DNA from: Chromera velia
Taxonomy: Eukaryota
Reading direction: 5' to 3'
DNA length: 50,920 bases
Assembly: GCA_018398765.1 (NCBI GenBank)
Contig: JAHBMJ010000311.1
Location: 1-50,920 of the forward strand
Each line of letters opens with the position of its first letter. Position 1 is the stretch's first letter. The notes beneath the pieces were generated by a model, which was given only the letters and a program-made list of their open reading frames with translations, was not told where the DNA came from and made no database searches. Positions 48,260 to 50,920 of this stretch are shown piece after piece. The position numbers were made by a program, and so were the translations under genes.

Positions 48260-48919
48260 CCGCCTACTAGTACAGTGTGGAGACGGTTAGGACATACGTT
48301 ACAGCTGTCTGAAGTAACGCGAATTCTAAGGTAATACTAAGTATGTGTTCTGAATCATGTGAGTGCAGCACGATGCCCCAGCGCCCGTCACGACTAGCAA
48401 CGGCACTTTTCAGCCATCGGCTGTCAAATTGGAAAGCGTCCGACACCAACCAGCGAAAACCGTCGTTACGTTGACAAAGACGGTTAGGCTGAGTTATTCA
48501 TTTCCACGCATCTGTACATTTAATATGCTCTATCACGGTTAACATCTACTATTGTCAAATGTCTTTAACTCTTCTACCTTTGTGAATTTGCCGAATGTGC
48601 TTTATAATTGTTTCTGTGCAGAAAGAGTTAGGGAGTGAGTCAGTGAGTGAGACTAAATGAGGACTAAGAACGAGGGCCAGAAGGGTAAGAAAAGACTGAC
48701 GTCATCATCTGAGTAAATGTGCGCGCGATCCAATGTTCATGCTGAAACAATGATCATGCCATTACTGATTCTGTTGCATGATTCCTAAAACCTGCAGAGT
48801 CGTTTTTCCTCCTTTTTTGTTTTACCTTTTACATCTTTCATCATAGCCTTTTTTCATCCTTCTTTCAAAGAAACCGCTGTACTCTATTTTTTCTTTTTCC
48901 TCTCTCATATACTGTCAGC

Positions 48920-48941
48920 CTCTCCCTCTCTCTCCCTCTTC

Positions 48942-48979
<38 letters not shown>

Positions 48980-49404
48980 GTGTGTGTGTGTATATGTATC
49001 TCTCTCTGTCTCTGTGTCTGTCTGTCTGTCTGTTTTAGTCTGTTTGTCTGTCTGTCTGTTTGTTTGTTTGATTGTTGATGATGTTCTGTTGTCTTTTTTC
49101 TTTCTTTCTTCCTTTTTGTCTGTTGTGTTCATGAAGAAAAGGAGGGAGAAGAAGAAACATATAGTCTGTCTGTCTGTCTGTCTGTCTGCATGTGTCTTTT
49201 ATCTATTATTTTCATGAAGAAAAAGAGGGAGAAGAAGAAGAAACATATAGTCTGTCCGTCTGTGAAAGAAATGGAAAGAAAAAAAGAAATGAAGAATGGT
49301 ATACTTTGTCTGCCGCTATCTCTATCTCTGTGTCTGTCTCTGCCTCTGTCTCTGTAGTCCATGGTGTGTGTGTGTGAGAGAGAGAGATAGAGACAGACAC
49401 ACAC

Positions 49405-49451
<47 letters not shown>

Positions 49452-49499
49452 CAGACAGACAGATAGAGAGAGAGAGAGAGAGAGATAGACAGACAGACA

Positions 49500-49552
<53 letters not shown>

Positions 49553-49585
49553 AGTGAGTGAGTGTGTGTATAAAGAGAGAGAGAG
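48920..49585. repeat. Compound (CT)/(TG)/(TCTG)/(GA) microsatellites with two copies of a short GAAGAAAA-GAGGGAGAAGAAGAAACATAT motif
   Basis: Directly visible. Motif copies at about 49134 and 49216. Confidence 0.9.
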
Positions 49586-50559
49586 TGGTTTTCCGAGTCC
49601 AGCTCCCTCTCTTTCTGACCTTTCTGTGTCTCTGTCATCTTTCTCCCAACCTGGGCTGGCCCTTCATCTCTGTAACACTTGGTCGATCCCTTTTATTTCA
49701 TGTTTTTCATTACAGCCTGATTCTCGCCTTTGTATTTTCTGACGGAACGACTTTATCGAATGGTATGACACAGAAAGCCACTGGCCTAGTACTGCAGCTC
49801 TGATGTGGCCTGAACATGCTATAGTTTCAAAAGTCTTAAGTTAGTTGAAAGCTTATTAATTAAATTAGCTGAACCAAACACATACCTACACAATGTGACT
49901 AAGATTTTAAATCTCTAACTACATCATTTTTTATTTAGAGAATATCTTCAATTTTGAATAAATACCATACCTAATTAATTTATATGATTTAAAAATTGTT
50001 TGACATGTTTTTATAATTGGTTTACAGTGTATCAGTTATTGATGATGTACTGATAAAAATCAATTTATTTATTGATTGATTTTAGTGATTAGTGATTAGT
50101 GGTGCCCTAGAGCACTGATGTTGAATCATTTGGGTTTACCGCTATAGTATGCTTACTGCCAATAAGATGAAATAAGATTTGATTGATTGTAATTGATAAG
50201 ATTCATTATTCAGAATATGATGAGTTGTTAAGAGCTACAGGAAGCCCTCAGAATAAACAAAGGGAAGTGACACTAGTCAGGCTCCAGTGAGGCTCCAAGA
50301 TGATCTAAGTATCTGAAGAGTCAGAGGTTAGGTTCCAGAGAATTCAATCTATAGCGCTAAGGTTGATCGCTTATCACTCAATTTCACGTCAATATCGAAT
50401 GCAGATCTTCGCGTTTTTGCTCAAGTTTGGAGGTTGACTTCAGAAAGGCAATTCTGATGGTGTTGGACCTCCCGAGATGACCTATGATCTCGGAGATCCT
50501 CTTGAAGAAATTTGGATTTTAATTTTTTTTGTGTGATCCGATTTTGCAGATGCGACAGT

Positions 50560-50852
50560 CCATTCAGACCGGGCGATTATTCGACTTCAGAGCCGATTAA
50601 TTGCCGTGTTTAAATTCGAATTCAGACCGCGCAGAATTCGACCAGATAAAATCGGGTATTATGAGTTTCGACCGAGTGGTATTCGGGTACTTTGAATTCA
50701 GACCGTGCACTATTCGGTTTTTGGTCTGATGGTTATTCGAATTCAGACCGCGCACTATTCAACATCTCGATTTCTGATCGCGCTTCTTTTTATCTTCGAT
50801 TTTAGACCAGGTCTTATTCAGCTCTTATCGATTTTAGACCGTGCTTTATTTG
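50560..50852. repeat. Degenerate array of ATTCAGACCG...TATTCG units
   Basis: At least 7 variants of (A/T)TTCAGACCG / TTTAGACC spaced 20-45 bp apart. Confidence 0.75.
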
Positions 50853-50873
50853 GATGCATGTATTTTGGAATTC

Positions 50874-50920
50874 TGCCGATGGTGGGACTCGAACTCGGGA
50901 CCTCTCGGTCCGAGCCTCTC
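50874..50920 (-). other. tRNA-like 3' half (tRNA-derived SINE head or tRNA pseudogene), cut by the window edge
   Basis: Minus strand ...GAGGTCCCGAGTTCGAGTCCCACCATCGGCA contains a variable-loop GAGGTC and a B-box GAGTTCGAGTC. The T-stem does not pair, so it is not called as a functional tRNA. Confidence 0.55.

Noticed and set aside
47826..48800. Hammerhead ribozyme expected near a PLE 3' end
   Set aside because: No CTGANGA...GAAA core with supporting stems was found by eye. CTGAAGAG at about 50313 and CTGATA at 18916 lack the required three-stem layout.

Overview
Eukaryotic genomic DNA: GT-AG introns full of microsatellites, one assembly gap, many transposons. The composition suggests a protist such as a chromerid alveolate, but this is inference only. 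(1) 1-12.3 kb is a nest of mobile elements: the 3' end of a chromodomain Ty3/Gypsy element, the 5' end of a second LTR element, an intact DD34E Tc1-family transposase, a full-length decayed Ty1/Copia element with two 307-bp LTRs, and a CAC-terminated MITE. The Copia and the MITE both interrupt an unannotated ORF (degenerate GIY-YIG-like region plus Cys-rich tail) whose 3' part occurs twice, once on each side of the transposase. (2) 12.5-15.6 kb is a two-exon FAD-dependent oxidoreductase gene with a signal peptide. (3) 19.7-33.5 kb (minus) is a many-exon gene for a very long coiled-coil protein, with duplicated splice acceptors. (4) About 35 kb holds a small membrane-protein ORF with a 21-bp repeat. 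(5) 37.9-47.8 kb holds two divergently oriented Penelope-like retroelements around a microsatellite block. The plus-strand one has the permuted order GIY-YIG endonuclease then reverse transcriptase (Chlamys/Naiad type) and carries 8 nonsense codons with no frameshift over about 3.3 kb. (6) The window ends in a degenerate short-repeat array and a tRNA-like 3' half.
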